A DNA stretch of 64,000 nt from contig JBBIUA010000010.1 in the NCBI GenBank assembly GCA_037440445.1, positions 13,734 through 77,733 on the forward strand. The letters are read 5' to 3'. The notes beneath the pieces were generated by a model. That model saw nothing but the letters and a program-made list of their open reading frames with translations. It was not told the origin of the DNA and did no database searches. Positions within the stretch are counted from its first letter, which is position 1, and each line of letters opens with the position of its first letter. Source of the DNA: Ignavibacteria bacterium (GTDB lineage Bacteria; Bacteroidota; Ignavibacteria; Kapaibacteriales; UBA2268). Below are positions 19,164 through 28,028 of the stretch, one piece after another. The position numbers were made by a program, and so were the translations under genes.

Positions 19164-21056
19164 CTACTCCAGATAAGTGTAACCATATAAGCCAGAACGA
19201 TAGTTTGAAAGGAATTCTTTACCTTCTTGTGGCGAAATTTTTCCTTCCTTCACGGCAGCAGTAACCCAGGTTTCAATTGTTCTCACAAGCCTTTTTGCGT
19301 CGTACTGAACATAATCCAATACTTCTGCAACTGTCTCACCATCAATTACTTGTACTATTTTATAACTATCTTCCTCGACTACAATGTGGACCGCATTTGT
19401 GTCGCCAAAAAGATTGTGTAAATCGCCAAGAATTTCTTGATAGGCTCCTACAAGAAAAACCCCAATATAATAGGGTTCATTAGGTCGAAGTTCATGCAAA
19501 GGAAGATAATGTGAAAAGTTTTTCAGCCCGATAAAATTTTCTATTTTTCCATCTGAATCGCAAGTTATATCATGAATTGTAGCAAATCTCGTTGGTCTTT
19601 CATTCAATCTATGTATAGGTACAATTGGAAAAATTTGGTCGATAGCCCAGGAATCGGGTAAGGATTGGAAAAGGGAAAAATTACAGAAATATTTATCTGC
19701 AAGCATGCGAGAAAGTGGTCTCAATTCGTCGGGCATATGTTTCATTTCAGAAGCAATACGGAAAACTTCGCTTGCTAAAGTCCAGAACAACTTTTCTACT
19801 TTCGCCCGAGTCTGCAAATCAAGCAATCCAAGACTAAACAAATCCAACGAATCTTCGCGAATTTGTTGGGCATCGTGCCATGTTTCGAGCAAATTTATAG
19901 AATTTACATTATCAAGCAAATTGTAAAGTTCTTTCACATTTTCGTGGTCATTTTCAGTAATTTCGTCATTTTCGTAATCCCAACTTGGGTGCGAAGTTGT
20001 TTCCAAAACATCGAAAACTAAAATGGAATGATGTGCAGTCAAAGAACGCCCAGATTCAGTAACAATGTTTGGATGCGGTAAATTATTCTTATCACAAGCA
20101 TCTTTTATCATATAAACAGCATCATCGACATATTCCTTAATTGTATAATTAATACTACTTGGACTGAACGAACGTGTTCCATCATAATCAACACCTAACC
20201 CGCCACCGATATCAACAAATTCAATACCGCAATCCATTTTACGAAGTTGAACATAGAATTGTGAACATTCACGCAGTGCATTTTTTATCATTCGAATATT
20301 AGTTACTTGGCTACCTATATGGAAATGTATCAATTTAAAAGCATCGGCAAGTTTATGTGATTTAATCAATTCCACAGCAGAAATAAGTTCGCTCGCGGTC
20401 AAACCAAATTTACTTTTATCTCCACCTGAATCCTCCCACTTTCCACTACCTTGTGTTGAAAGTTTAATTCTAATGCCAATATTTGGTTTGATTTTCAACC
20501 TTTTAGCAATAGAAATTAGCAATTTCAATTCATTTAATTTTTCCACAACAACAAATACTTTGCGACCCATTTTCTGAGCTAATAGAGCAAGCTCGATGAA
20601 GCTTTCATCCTTATACCCATTGCAAATTATTAATGCATCGGGAGAGCTTGTAACTGCAAGCACAACGTGAAGTTCGGGCTTCGACCCAGCCTCTAATCCA
20701 ATGTTATATTTTTTCCCATAACGCATTATTTCTTCAACAACTGGGCGAACTTGATTTACCTTAATTGGATATACGTTAAAATATTTACCTTTAAAGCCAT
20801 ACTCGCGAGAAGCATCTTCGAAGCATCTGGTTATTGTTTCAATTCTATCGTCAAGAATATCAGGAAAACGAATCAGAACAGGAAGTGAAACATCTCGCAA
20901 AATGAGTTCATCTACAACTTCCTTTAAATCAATTTTAACACCATTCTTGGATGGAGTAACTACAAGATTTCCCTTTTCATTTATATCAAAGTAATTTTGT
21001 CCCCAGCCCCGAATGTTGTATAATTCGATTGAATCTTCAACTCTCCATCTTCTCAT
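19164..21056 (-). CDS. speA: Biosynthetic arginine decarboxylase
   Basis: YPIKVNQ (PLP Lys), GLEAGSKPEL, SKFGL, HFHIGSQ, DIGGGLGVDYDG, TCDSDG, HNLFG, YTYLE. Confidence 0.97.
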   Translation of the reverse strand: MRRWRVEDSIELYNIRGWGQNYFDINEKGNLVVTPSKNGVKIDLKEVVDELILRDVSLPVLIRFPDILDDRIETITRCFEDASREYGFKGKYFNVYPIKVNQVRPVVEEIMRYGKKYNIGLEAGSKPELHVVLAVTSSPDALIICNGYKDESFIELALLAQKMGRKVFVVVEKLNELKLLISIAKRLKIKPNIGIRIKLSTQGSGKWEDSGGDKSKFGLTASELISAVELIKSHKLADAFKLIHFHIGSQVTNIRMIKNALRECSQFYVQLRKMDCGIEFVDIGGGLGVDYDGTRSFSPSSINYTIKEYVDDAVYMIKDACDKNNLPHPNIVTESGRSLTAHHSILVFDVLETTSHPSWDYENDEITENDHENVKELYNLLDNVNSINLLETWHDAQQIREDSLDLFSLGLLDLQTRAKVEKLFWTLASEVFRIASEMKHMPDELRPLSRMLADKYFCNFSLFQSLPDSWAIDQIFPIVPIHRLNERPTRFATIHDITCDSDGKIENFIGLKNFSHYLPLHELRPNEPYYIGVFLVGAYQEILGDLHNLFGDTNAVHIVVEEDSYKIVQVIDGETVAEVLDYVQYDAKRLVRTIETWVTAAVKEGKISPQEGKEFLSNYRSGLYGYTYLE

Positions 21057-21112
21057 TTTTCAATACCTTAGAAATTAAAAACTTACAAAAATAATAAAAA
21101 CGATGTAAATTA

Positions 21113-21775
21113 TTAATCTTTCCAAACAAACTCAAATAGAAAGGATGATAAAGTTACCAATAGACCTGTGTAGCCAAACATCAATAAATTGTCCTTTAGA
21201 ATTAAACTTAAGTCCTTTCCAACAATTGAAAGGTGCGTTGCCTCCACACCAACCATAAGCAAAGGTATCAAAATTGGAACGGAAAGTATTGGAAAGATTG
21301 CTCCTTTGACATTGGCTTTAGAAATAATGGCACCAATAATTGTTGAGGAACCTGCTATTCCAATTCCAGAATTAATAATACTCAAAACAAAAAGATGAAA
21401 AAATTCGATTCTGACTTTATCGAAAAAAACATAAAACATCAAAATTGTTGTAAGATTAATTAAAATTGAAACAAATAAGTTGAAAAGAAACTTGCCAAAG
21501 AAAACGTTATAAGGAGTAGAAATCAGTTTCAATAGCAATATTGTTCCTTTTTCTTCCTCGCTGACAAAAGTTCGACCCATTCCTGTCATCGAAGCAAAAA
21601 AAATCACAATCCAAATCAAACCAGCATAAATGTTGCTTTGAATTAACTCAGTTGGAACGCTGAAATTAATTATTGTCGTAGAAATTAAAGTAAAAAGAAG
21701 TGAAATAGTAATTGTATACCGATTTCGAAACTCAATTTGTAAATCCTTATATGCAATAGCAAGGAAACCGTTCAA
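21113..21775 (-). CDS. ccmB: Heme exporter protein B
   Basis: KDLQIEFR, F..EEEKGT..LL, FFGKF, ILSVPILIPLL; six TM segments. Confidence 0.85.
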   Translation of the reverse strand: MNGFLAIAYKDLQIEFRNRYTITISLLFTLISTTIINFSVPTELIQSNIYAGLIWIVIFFASMTGMGRTFVSEEEKGTILLLKLISTPYNVFFGKFLFNLFVSILINLTTILMFYVFFDKVRIEFFHLFVLSIINSGIGIAGSSTIIGAIISKANVKGAIFPILSVPILIPLLMVGVEATHLSIVGKDLSLILKDNLLMFGYTGLLVTLSSFLFEFVWKD

Positions 21776-21802
21776 TTGTCATTAAAGTATTTAAAGAAGG
21801 AA

Positions 21803-22198
21803 TTAAACGAACCAATCCCTTGTGTATTGTCTTTTATCAACATATTTGACTTTGGCACGAGCAAGACGGGGATCGACCATTTCAAGTTCGACGAAATGAC
21901 GCTCTAAATGACCATTAACTTCATAATAACGATATCCAATGATTCCAGCCTTGATAAGTTTTCTAACAATCTCCCAAAATTTCCTTTGTTCAGCCTCGTT
22001 CAACTTCAACCAACTGAAGGAATTACTGTCGCCCAAATCGAAAAGGCTATCTACAGCATCCATTACGTTATTTATATCCACAGAATCAGATTTGGTTCCA
22101 ACTTCTCTATTATCCAATTTGAAATTAGTTGCAATATTGAGCTCTTTTAATGTGTTAAATTTTACTTCGTTCGATAAGTTAATTTCCATTTCCAACAC
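21803..22198 (-). CDS. Hypothetical protein
   Basis: 131-aa ORF fitting between genes, with a TACTTTTG element upstream; no recognised motif. Confidence 0.6.
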   Translation of the reverse strand: MLEMEINLSNEVKFNTLKELNIATNFKLDNREVGTKSDSVDINNVMDAVDSLFDLGDSNSFSWLKLNEAEQRKFWEIVRKLIKAGIIGYRYYEVNGHLERHFVELEMVDPRLARAKVKYVDKRQYTRDWFV

Positions 22199-22249
22199 AA
22201 TTACACACTATTTTTATCGACAAAAGTAATATTTTCTTTAATTAAAAAA

Positions 22250-22939
22250 CTACCTTTTCTCGAAATCTTTCATCCAAACTTCAAGTAATTTTTTACTTTC
22301 GTTTCCTACAAGATAATTCATCAAAATATTTTCTACAGTCTTATTATAATCAACAATTTTTTCGTTTTTACGGGCAATTACAACGATATCAGGCAATTTA
22401 TGACCACCATATTTTTTATAAAAACTCTCGGGAATCAATGCACCAATAATGCTTGAAAAGGGAATACGAGAGTAATGCTTATGAAAAGAATTCCAGTATT
22501 TTCGAATTTTTACTATATCGAAACCTAAATTCCTTAAAACAAATTTATACTTCTTTTTGTCCCAGAAATCAAGATGGTTTGCCCAATTAGCTTCTTGAGA
22601 ACCAAAAATATGCCGCCCAAGTTGGAACTTGTAGTGACGAGAAGAGAAAATATACAACAATGCACAAGTAAAAAAATCTGGCGTTTGAATATGAAGAATA
22701 CCACCGACTTTGAGCCAAGTTCTCCAACGAACAAGCAATTTCAAAGATTCTGCACGATTAAAATGTTCAAAAAGATGATGTAAACGAATTTCATCTAATG
22801 AATTCTCAGGAAACTCAAGTGTCCTAATATCAGCATACATATCGGCTTTGACATCCATCACAGTATGTTCGCTTGGAGGTAAGTCGATATTAACGTAACC
22901 TTCAAGATATTTATTCCCGCATCCAAGATGAATTTTCAT
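22250..22939 (-). CDS. SAM-dependent methyltransferase (type 11-like, glycan-cluster associated)
   Basis: IHLGCG, YVNID, HLFEH, LKVGG.L.I.TPD. Confidence 0.75.
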   Translation of the reverse strand: MKIHLGCGNKYLEGYVNIDLPPSEHTVMDVKADMYADIRTLEFPENSLDEIRLHHLFEHFNRAESLKLLVRWRTWLKVGGILHIQTPDFFTCALLYIFSSRHYKFQLGRHIFGSQEANWANHLDFWDKKKYKFVLRNLGFDIVKIRKYWNSFHKHYSRIPFSSIIGALIPESFYKKYGGHKLPDIVVIARKNEKIVDYNKTVENILMNYLVGNESKKLLEVWMKDFEKR

Positions 22940-24030
22940 TTTTCCTCCATATTGTAAAAACCAATTTTTTTGAAAATATCAATAAATCTCCGCTCGTAGG
23001 TGTGTTCACGAATTGCACGTTTAAACCCATGATAAGCTATCTCTTTTCGCAAAGATTCATTCGAAAGATAATATTTAACCTTTGCCAGAAGGTCATCAGG
23101 GCTGTCGAAAACTGAAATCTCTTTTTCTGGTAAAAAATAATCAGAAATGTTTTCGACATTTTCTGTCAACAGAAATCCACCAGAACCTGGAATTTCAAAA
23201 ATTCTTCCTTTTATTTGCTTTCCAAATCTATGAATTGTAGCAGAAATGTTCTGTGGTAACCTTAGTAGGTTTTGAAATCTGATTTTTTGGTCACATCTTC
23301 TCGTTAAAAATATACTTGCTAAACTTCTTAATTTGAAACCACCAGAAGCACGGCTGAAATTTAAGTTAATTCTTGAACTACGAAAGACATTCAACATCTC
23401 ATCAAAAGTTATTCGCCCATTTTCCCAACCCCTCCCAAAGCAAGAGATTTTCATTCCGTTTATTTTCAAGTGTTCAACAAATTTTGCCCTATTGCTATGA
23501 TTTTGTCCAACAAATGTAAGTTCGTAGTTATACTTAATATTATCAAAATCAAAATCCGTTGGAATTTGGTAAAGGAAATGATTAAATCCCCATTGGGTTT
23601 GTATGACATTATATATCCCATACTTGTGATACTTGCGAATAGCATTTTGGTCGGTTGTTGAAACAAAAGAAAAATAAGGAGCCCAAAAGCGAGAGAAATT
23701 ATAAAATCTCCAATGGTCGTCTGCAAACCAGTTAAATGTCGTTATTTTTAAGTCATTTTTAATATGCAACAACACTTCCTTAAGAAACTCATCATTGAAA
23801 AGAAAGAAAAAAACCAAATCGGGCTTAAAATTTTCAATATATTCTAAAAGTTTTCGATTCATCCCTTTTTGCCCAAGTTCTCTGTAGTAAACATCAAAAG
23901 GAAAATGGAGAACTGTATGTTTTCCATTTTCCATTTTGAAAAGAGTGTCGTAAAAATTATAATACTCGAAACTCAAACCACGAGTGGGTACACCGTATTC
24001 GTATTTTAACCCACAAAAAAGGATTTTCAT
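22936..24030 (-). CDS. Glycosyltransferase, CgeB/Glyco_trans_1_2-like
   Basis: WFADDHW, TFVGQ, SRINLNF, KGRIFEIPGSGGFLLT, EHTYERR; start adjusted to ATG 24030. Confidence 0.85.
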   Translation of the reverse strand: MKILFCGLKYEYGVPTRGLSFEYYNFYDTLFKMENGKHTVLHFPFDVYYRELGQKGMNRKLLEYIENFKPDLVFFFLFNDEFLKEVLLHIKNDLKITTFNWFADDHWRFYNFSRFWAPYFSFVSTTDQNAIRKYHKYGIYNVIQTQWGFNHFLYQIPTDFDFDNIKYNYELTFVGQNHSNRAKFVEHLKINGMKISCFGRGWENGRITFDEMLNVFRSSRINLNFSRASGGFKLRSLASIFLTRRCDQKIRFQNLLRLPQNISATIHRFGKQIKGRIFEIPGSGGFLLTENVENISDYFLPEKEISVFDSPDDLLAKVKYYLSNESLRKEIAYHGFKRAIREHTYERRFIDIFKKIGFYNMEEK

Positions 24031-24120
24031 AATCAAAAAAACACAAAATTAACATTTAGTAGTTTATTAAACATTCTTGCTTTCAAGAAATTCATTGGCT
24101 TGAAGAGAAGTAGGAATAAA

Positions 24121-24552
24121 TTAAATATCAAAAAGCTTTGTTGAAATATCTTTCTGAAAGAAATATTTATTTAATGGAACTCGAAAGGAAAAGATAAAGG
24201 AATTTTCAAGAAGTCTTTCGAATTCAGCTTTGTAATCGATTTTGGTTTTGTTAGAATTATCAATTTGATAAACTTTTTGGCCTAATTCAGAAAGAGTTTC
24301 AATTTCCGATTTAAGAGATTGTATTGAACGATTAAGGGGGAACTTATTGAAAGCAAGTTCCAAATAATCCTTCGCTTCATTAAAGTTTTTGGATTGGATG
24401 AGGGATTTTATTAAAAAGAAATAAAGAAGAGGGAATTCCCCAAAAGTTTGAATTCCCTCAATACAAAGTTGAATTACTTTTTTGTAATTTTGGTTATCGA
24501 ATTCTTTGCTAATCTGTTCAACAAGTGCAACAGGGTCTAAATTAGAAACCAT
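24121..24552 (-). CDS. TPR-like hypothetical protein
   Basis: Helical repeat pattern (YKKVIQLC..G, EAKDYLELA..KFP.N); start adjusted to ATG 24552, just after the upstream stop. Confidence 0.55.
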   Translation of the reverse strand: MVSNLDPVALVEQISKEFDNQNYKKVIQLCIEGIQTFGEFPLLYFFLIKSLIQSKNFNEAKDYLELAFNKFPLNRSIQSLKSEIETLSELGQKVYQIDNSNKTKIDYKAEFERLLENSFIFSFRVPLNKYFFQKDISTKLFDI

Positions 24553-24553
24553 T

Positions 24554-25261
24554 TTAATTGCGTTTTCCAAAAAGTCGAAGCAAGAATAAGAACAGGTTAA
24601 TAAAATCAAGATAGAGAGATAAGGCACCAAGGATTGCAAATCTACTTATGGCTACATTATCGTCGCTAAGTTGGTAAAACATTTCTTTAATTTTTTGAGT
24701 ATCGTAAGCAGTTAACCCAACAAAAACAAAAACACCTATTAAAGAAATTGCAAAATCGAGAGCAGAACTACCAATAAAAATATTTATAATAGTTGCAAGA
24801 ATAATTCCAATTAAACCCATAAAGAGGAAACTTCCAAAGCTTGTCAAATCGCGCTTAGTTGTATATCCATAAAAACTCATAGCAGCAAAAAGTGCAGCGG
24901 TTGTAAAGAAAACATTTTGAATTGTTACAGCAGCATAAACTAAAAAAATTAAAGACAATGTCAAGCCATTTAAAAAAGAATATATGACGAAAAGAAGCCC
25001 AGCGGTGGAAACACTTATTGACATAATACGACTAGAAAGGAAAACTACTAAGCCAATTTGAGCAAGGAACAAAAAAATCAACATAGTAGTGTTTAAGGCA
25101 AAATACTCAGCTAATGAACTCGAGGCAGCAAAAACTGCTGTTAAACCAGAAATTGCAAGTCCCCCAACCATCCAAGCGTAAGTCTTTTGAATAAAAGATT
25201 GCAATGCAAGCGCAACAGATGGATTATTGTAAGAAGACATTGATTTTTTCATATCCCTCAC
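24554..25261 (-). CDS. Bax inhibitor-1/YccA family membrane protein
   Basis: YAWMVGGL, YGYTTKRDL, LTAYDTQKIK, GALSLYLDFINLFL. Confidence 0.92.
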   Translation of the reverse strand: MRDMKKSMSSYNNPSVALALQSFIQKTYAWMVGGLAISGLTAVFAASSSLAEYFALNTTMLIFLFLAQIGLVVFLSSRIMSISVSTAGLLFVIYSFLNGLTLSLIFLVYAAVTIQNVFFTTAALFAAMSFYGYTTKRDLTSFGSFLFMGLIGIILATIINIFIGSSALDFAISLIGVFVFVGLTAYDTQKIKEMFYQLSDDNVAISRFAILGALSLYLDFINLFLFLLRLFGKRN

Positions 25262-25307
25262 ATATATTTATTAAAAGTTAGAGACGAAAATCAAAAAAAA
25301 TATATTT

Positions 25308-26378
25308 TTAAGTATCGATATGAACAATCCAGTTATAAGTATCTTTGATCATTCCATGTTGCAATCCAGTAAGTGTGTCGTACATTTTTTGTGCAATAGG
25401 ACCAATTTGATTATTATTAATTATCATCTCATAATCACGATAATACAATTTACCAACTGGAGAGATTGTTGCGGCTGTTCCAGTTCCAAAGACTTCCTGT
25501 AAAGTTCCACGTTCGTAAGCTTCGAGAACCTCTTGAATCTTTATTGAGCGTTCCTGAACTTTAATACCCATTTCACGAGCAAGTGTAAGGACAGAATCAC
25601 GCGTTACACCTTGAAGTATTGAACCTTGAGATAATGGAGGCGTAATCAAAATATCATCAATCACAAACATGATATTCATAGCACCAACTTCATCAACGAA
25701 CTCATGTTGAATTCCATCAAGCCAAAGAACCTGCGAAAATCCTTTTTCTTTTGCACGTTTCCCCGCATAAAGCGATGCAGCATAATTTGCTGCAGTTTTA
25801 GCCATTCCCAAACCTCCACGAATTGCACGAACAAATTCATCTTCAATTAATATTTTGACGGGGTTTAATCCCTCGGGATAATAAGAAGCAACAGGAGAAG
25901 TAATAATAATAAAAGTATATTCTTCAGAAGGGTGGACGCCCAGAAAACAACTGCTACCAAAACAAACTGGCCTAATATACAATGATTCACCTTTTACTTT
26001 TGGTACGAACTTATGATCGAGTTTAATAAGTTCAATAATTGCATCAGCAAATTTTTTTTCGTCAAAAGCGGGAATACAAAGACGTTCAGCAGAAGTTTGC
26101 ATCCGTCGGGCATTCATTTCAGGTCGAAACAGATTTACTCCCCCATTGACATCATAATAGGCTTTTAATCCTTCGAAAATAGTTTGACCATAATGCAATG
26201 TCATCATCGAGGGTTCATAGCAAATTGGACCATAAGGAATAATTTTTCCATCGTCCCATTGTCCATTCCTGAAGTAACTTATAAACATATGGTCTGAAAA
26301 AAAACGACCAAAACCTAAATTATTCCAATCAATTGAATCATAACGAGTTACAGTGGATTTTTCAATACTTATACCCAT
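25308..26378 (-). CDS. ilvE: Branched-chain amino acid aminotransferase
   Basis: LGFG, LHYGQTIFEGLKAY, LYIRP, AKTAANYA, EVGAMN, ILQGVTRDS, GTGTAA; start adjusted to ATG 26378. Confidence 0.95.
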   Translation of the reverse strand: MGISIEKSTVTRYDSIDWNNLGFGRFFSDHMFISYFRNGQWDDGKIIPYGPICYEPSMMTLHYGQTIFEGLKAYYDVNGGVNLFRPEMNARRMQTSAERLCIPAFDEKKFADAIIELIKLDHKFVPKVKGESLYIRPVCFGSSCFLGVHPSEEYTFIIITSPVASYYPEGLNPVKILIEDEFVRAIRGGLGMAKTAANYAASLYAGKRAKEKGFSQVLWLDGIQHEFVDEVGAMNIMFVIDDILITPPLSQGSILQGVTRDSVLTLAREMGIKVQERSIKIQEVLEAYERGTLQEVFGTGTAATISPVGKLYYRDYEMIINNNQIGPIAQKMYDTLTGLQHGMIKDTYNWIVHIDT

Positions 26379-26686
26379 TTTTTCACCATTTGAAAGTTTT
26401 AGAAAAATTAATTTTAACAAATTTTTTACATTTAAAGAAACCAGAATTAATATTGTAATAATAATGTGTATAAATAAAATCGAAAATTTGCAGCAAACAT
26501 ATATAAAATCATAAAATCTAAAAATTATTTAAAAACAATTACAACATCAATTTTAACAACCTAAATACAAAAGCTCCATTTACCATTGAAATTCAACCAT
26601 TTCCAGAAAATTTTTTATTAAATTGCATTTTGCGAACTTCGTCTTAAAGAAGTTTTAATGATTATTAACAAAATAAGGAAAAAACT

Positions 26687-27973
26687 ATGTCAACAGAGGG
26701 TTTCAATCCGTTTAAGATGGCACAACAGCAATTCGATGCTGTTGCCAGAAAACTAAATTTAGACCAAGCAACCTGCGATTTACTTCGATTTCCAGAGCGC
26801 GAATACCAATTCAATATCCCAATTCGAATGGACAACGGAACTTATAAGGTCTTTCGTGGTTTTCGGGTTCAACACAATGATGCGCGTGGGCCAGCAAAAG
26901 GTGGAATTCGCTTCCACCCACAAGAAACAATTGACACAGTGCGTGCTCTTGCAATGTGGATGACGTGGAAAACAGCAGTAGTAGATATCCCTTTGGGTGG
27001 AGGGAAAGGCGGTGTTGTTTGTGACCCACATGAACTTACTCTTCATGAACAAGAGCATATCTGCCGTGGTTGGGTTCGTCAGATTGTTAGGAATGTTGGT
27101 CCCTTACAAGATGTTCCCGCTCCCGATGTAATGACGACTAGCCAACATATGATTTGGATGCTCGACGAGTATGAAAAGTTAACCGGCTACAAGGCTCCAG
27201 GATTTATCACTGGTAAACCACTCGGTTTAGGCGGCTCCTTAGGTAGAACCGAAGCAACGGGATATGGAGTGATGTTTACAGTTCGGGAAGCTTTGAAGTT
27301 CTTAGGAATTGACATTAAAAATACCACTGCTTCTTTCCAAGGTTTTGGAAATGTTAGTCAGTATGCTCTTGACCTTTATACTCAAATGGGCGGTACTGCA
27401 ATTGCTGTATCCACTTGGGACCCAAAAGAAAAAAGAGCCATTACTTTCAGAAAGAAAGATGGAATAAAGTTCCAAGAACTAATCGGAATAACAAACAAAT
27501 TTGGCGAAATTGATAAGGAAAAAGCAAAAGAATTAGGCTATGAAATTCTTGACGGAACAGCCTGGATTGAGCAAGAAGTCGACATTTTGGTCCCTGCTGC
27601 GCTCGAAAATCAAATTAATAAAGACACTGTCCAATTAATAAAACCTTCTGTTAAACTTATTGCCGAAGGAGCAAATGGGCCAACCACACCCGAAGCAGAT
27701 GAAGTTCTAAAGGCAAAGAAAATCCATGTCATTCCAGACTTCCTTTGCAATGCTGGTGGAGTAACTTGCTCCTACTTCGAGCAAGTTCAATCGAATATGA
27801 ATTACTACTGGACCAAAGAAGAAGTATTGTCGAAACTCGACCAAAAAATGACAAGTGCATACCATTCCGTTCTCGATTCAGCAAACAAACGAAATGAATA
27901 TATGCGCGATGCCGCATATATGATTGCAATAACTCGAGTGGCAGAAGCTGTTAAAATGAGAGGTTGGGTTTAA
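26687..27973 (+). CDS. gdhA: Glu/Leu/Phe/Val dehydrogenase (glutamate dehydrogenase)
   Basis: GPAKGGIRFHP, GGGKGG, DVPAPD, GRTEATGYG, QGFGNV, EGANGP, NAGGV. Confidence 0.92.
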   Translation: MSTEGFNPFKMAQQQFDAVARKLNLDQATCDLLRFPEREYQFNIPIRMDNGTYKVFRGFRVQHNDARGPAKGGIRFHPQETIDTVRALAMWMTWKTAVVDIPLGGGKGGVVCDPHELTLHEQEHICRGWVRQIVRNVGPLQDVPAPDVMTTSQHMIWMLDEYEKLTGYKAPGFITGKPLGLGGSLGRTEATGYGVMFTVREALKFLGIDIKNTTASFQGFGNVSQYALDLYTQMGGTAIAVSTWDPKEKRAITFRKKDGIKFQELIGITNKFGEIDKEKAKELGYEILDGTAWIEQEVDILVPAALENQINKDTVQLIKPSVKLIAEGANGPTTPEADEVLKAKKIHVIPDFLCNAGGVTCSYFEQVQSNMNYYWTKEEVLSKLDQKMTSAYHSVLDSANKRNEYMRDAAYMIAITRVAEAVKMRGWV

Positions 27974-27990
27974 TTACTAGTTTCCATTTA

Positions 27991-28028
27991 AAATACCCAC
28001 CCTTTCTGGGGTGGGTTTTCTATTTTTT
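27991..28028. terminator. Intrinsic terminator hairpin after gdhA (probably bidirectional)
   Basis: acccaccc (27995-28002) pairs with gggtgggt (28009-28016), followed by a T-rich run; lies between convergent genes. Confidence 0.8.

Noticed and set aside
24553-24639. Lipoprotein-like signal peptide on the TPR-like ORF
   Set aside because: It overlaps the conserved end of the YccA gene in an alternate frame. ATG 24552 fits the operon spacing.
26379-26686. Riboswitch or leader peptide in the ilvE/gdhA divergent intergenic region
   Set aside because: Very AT-rich, with no GC-rich stems, T-box motif or convincing leader ORF visible; explained as divergent promoters.
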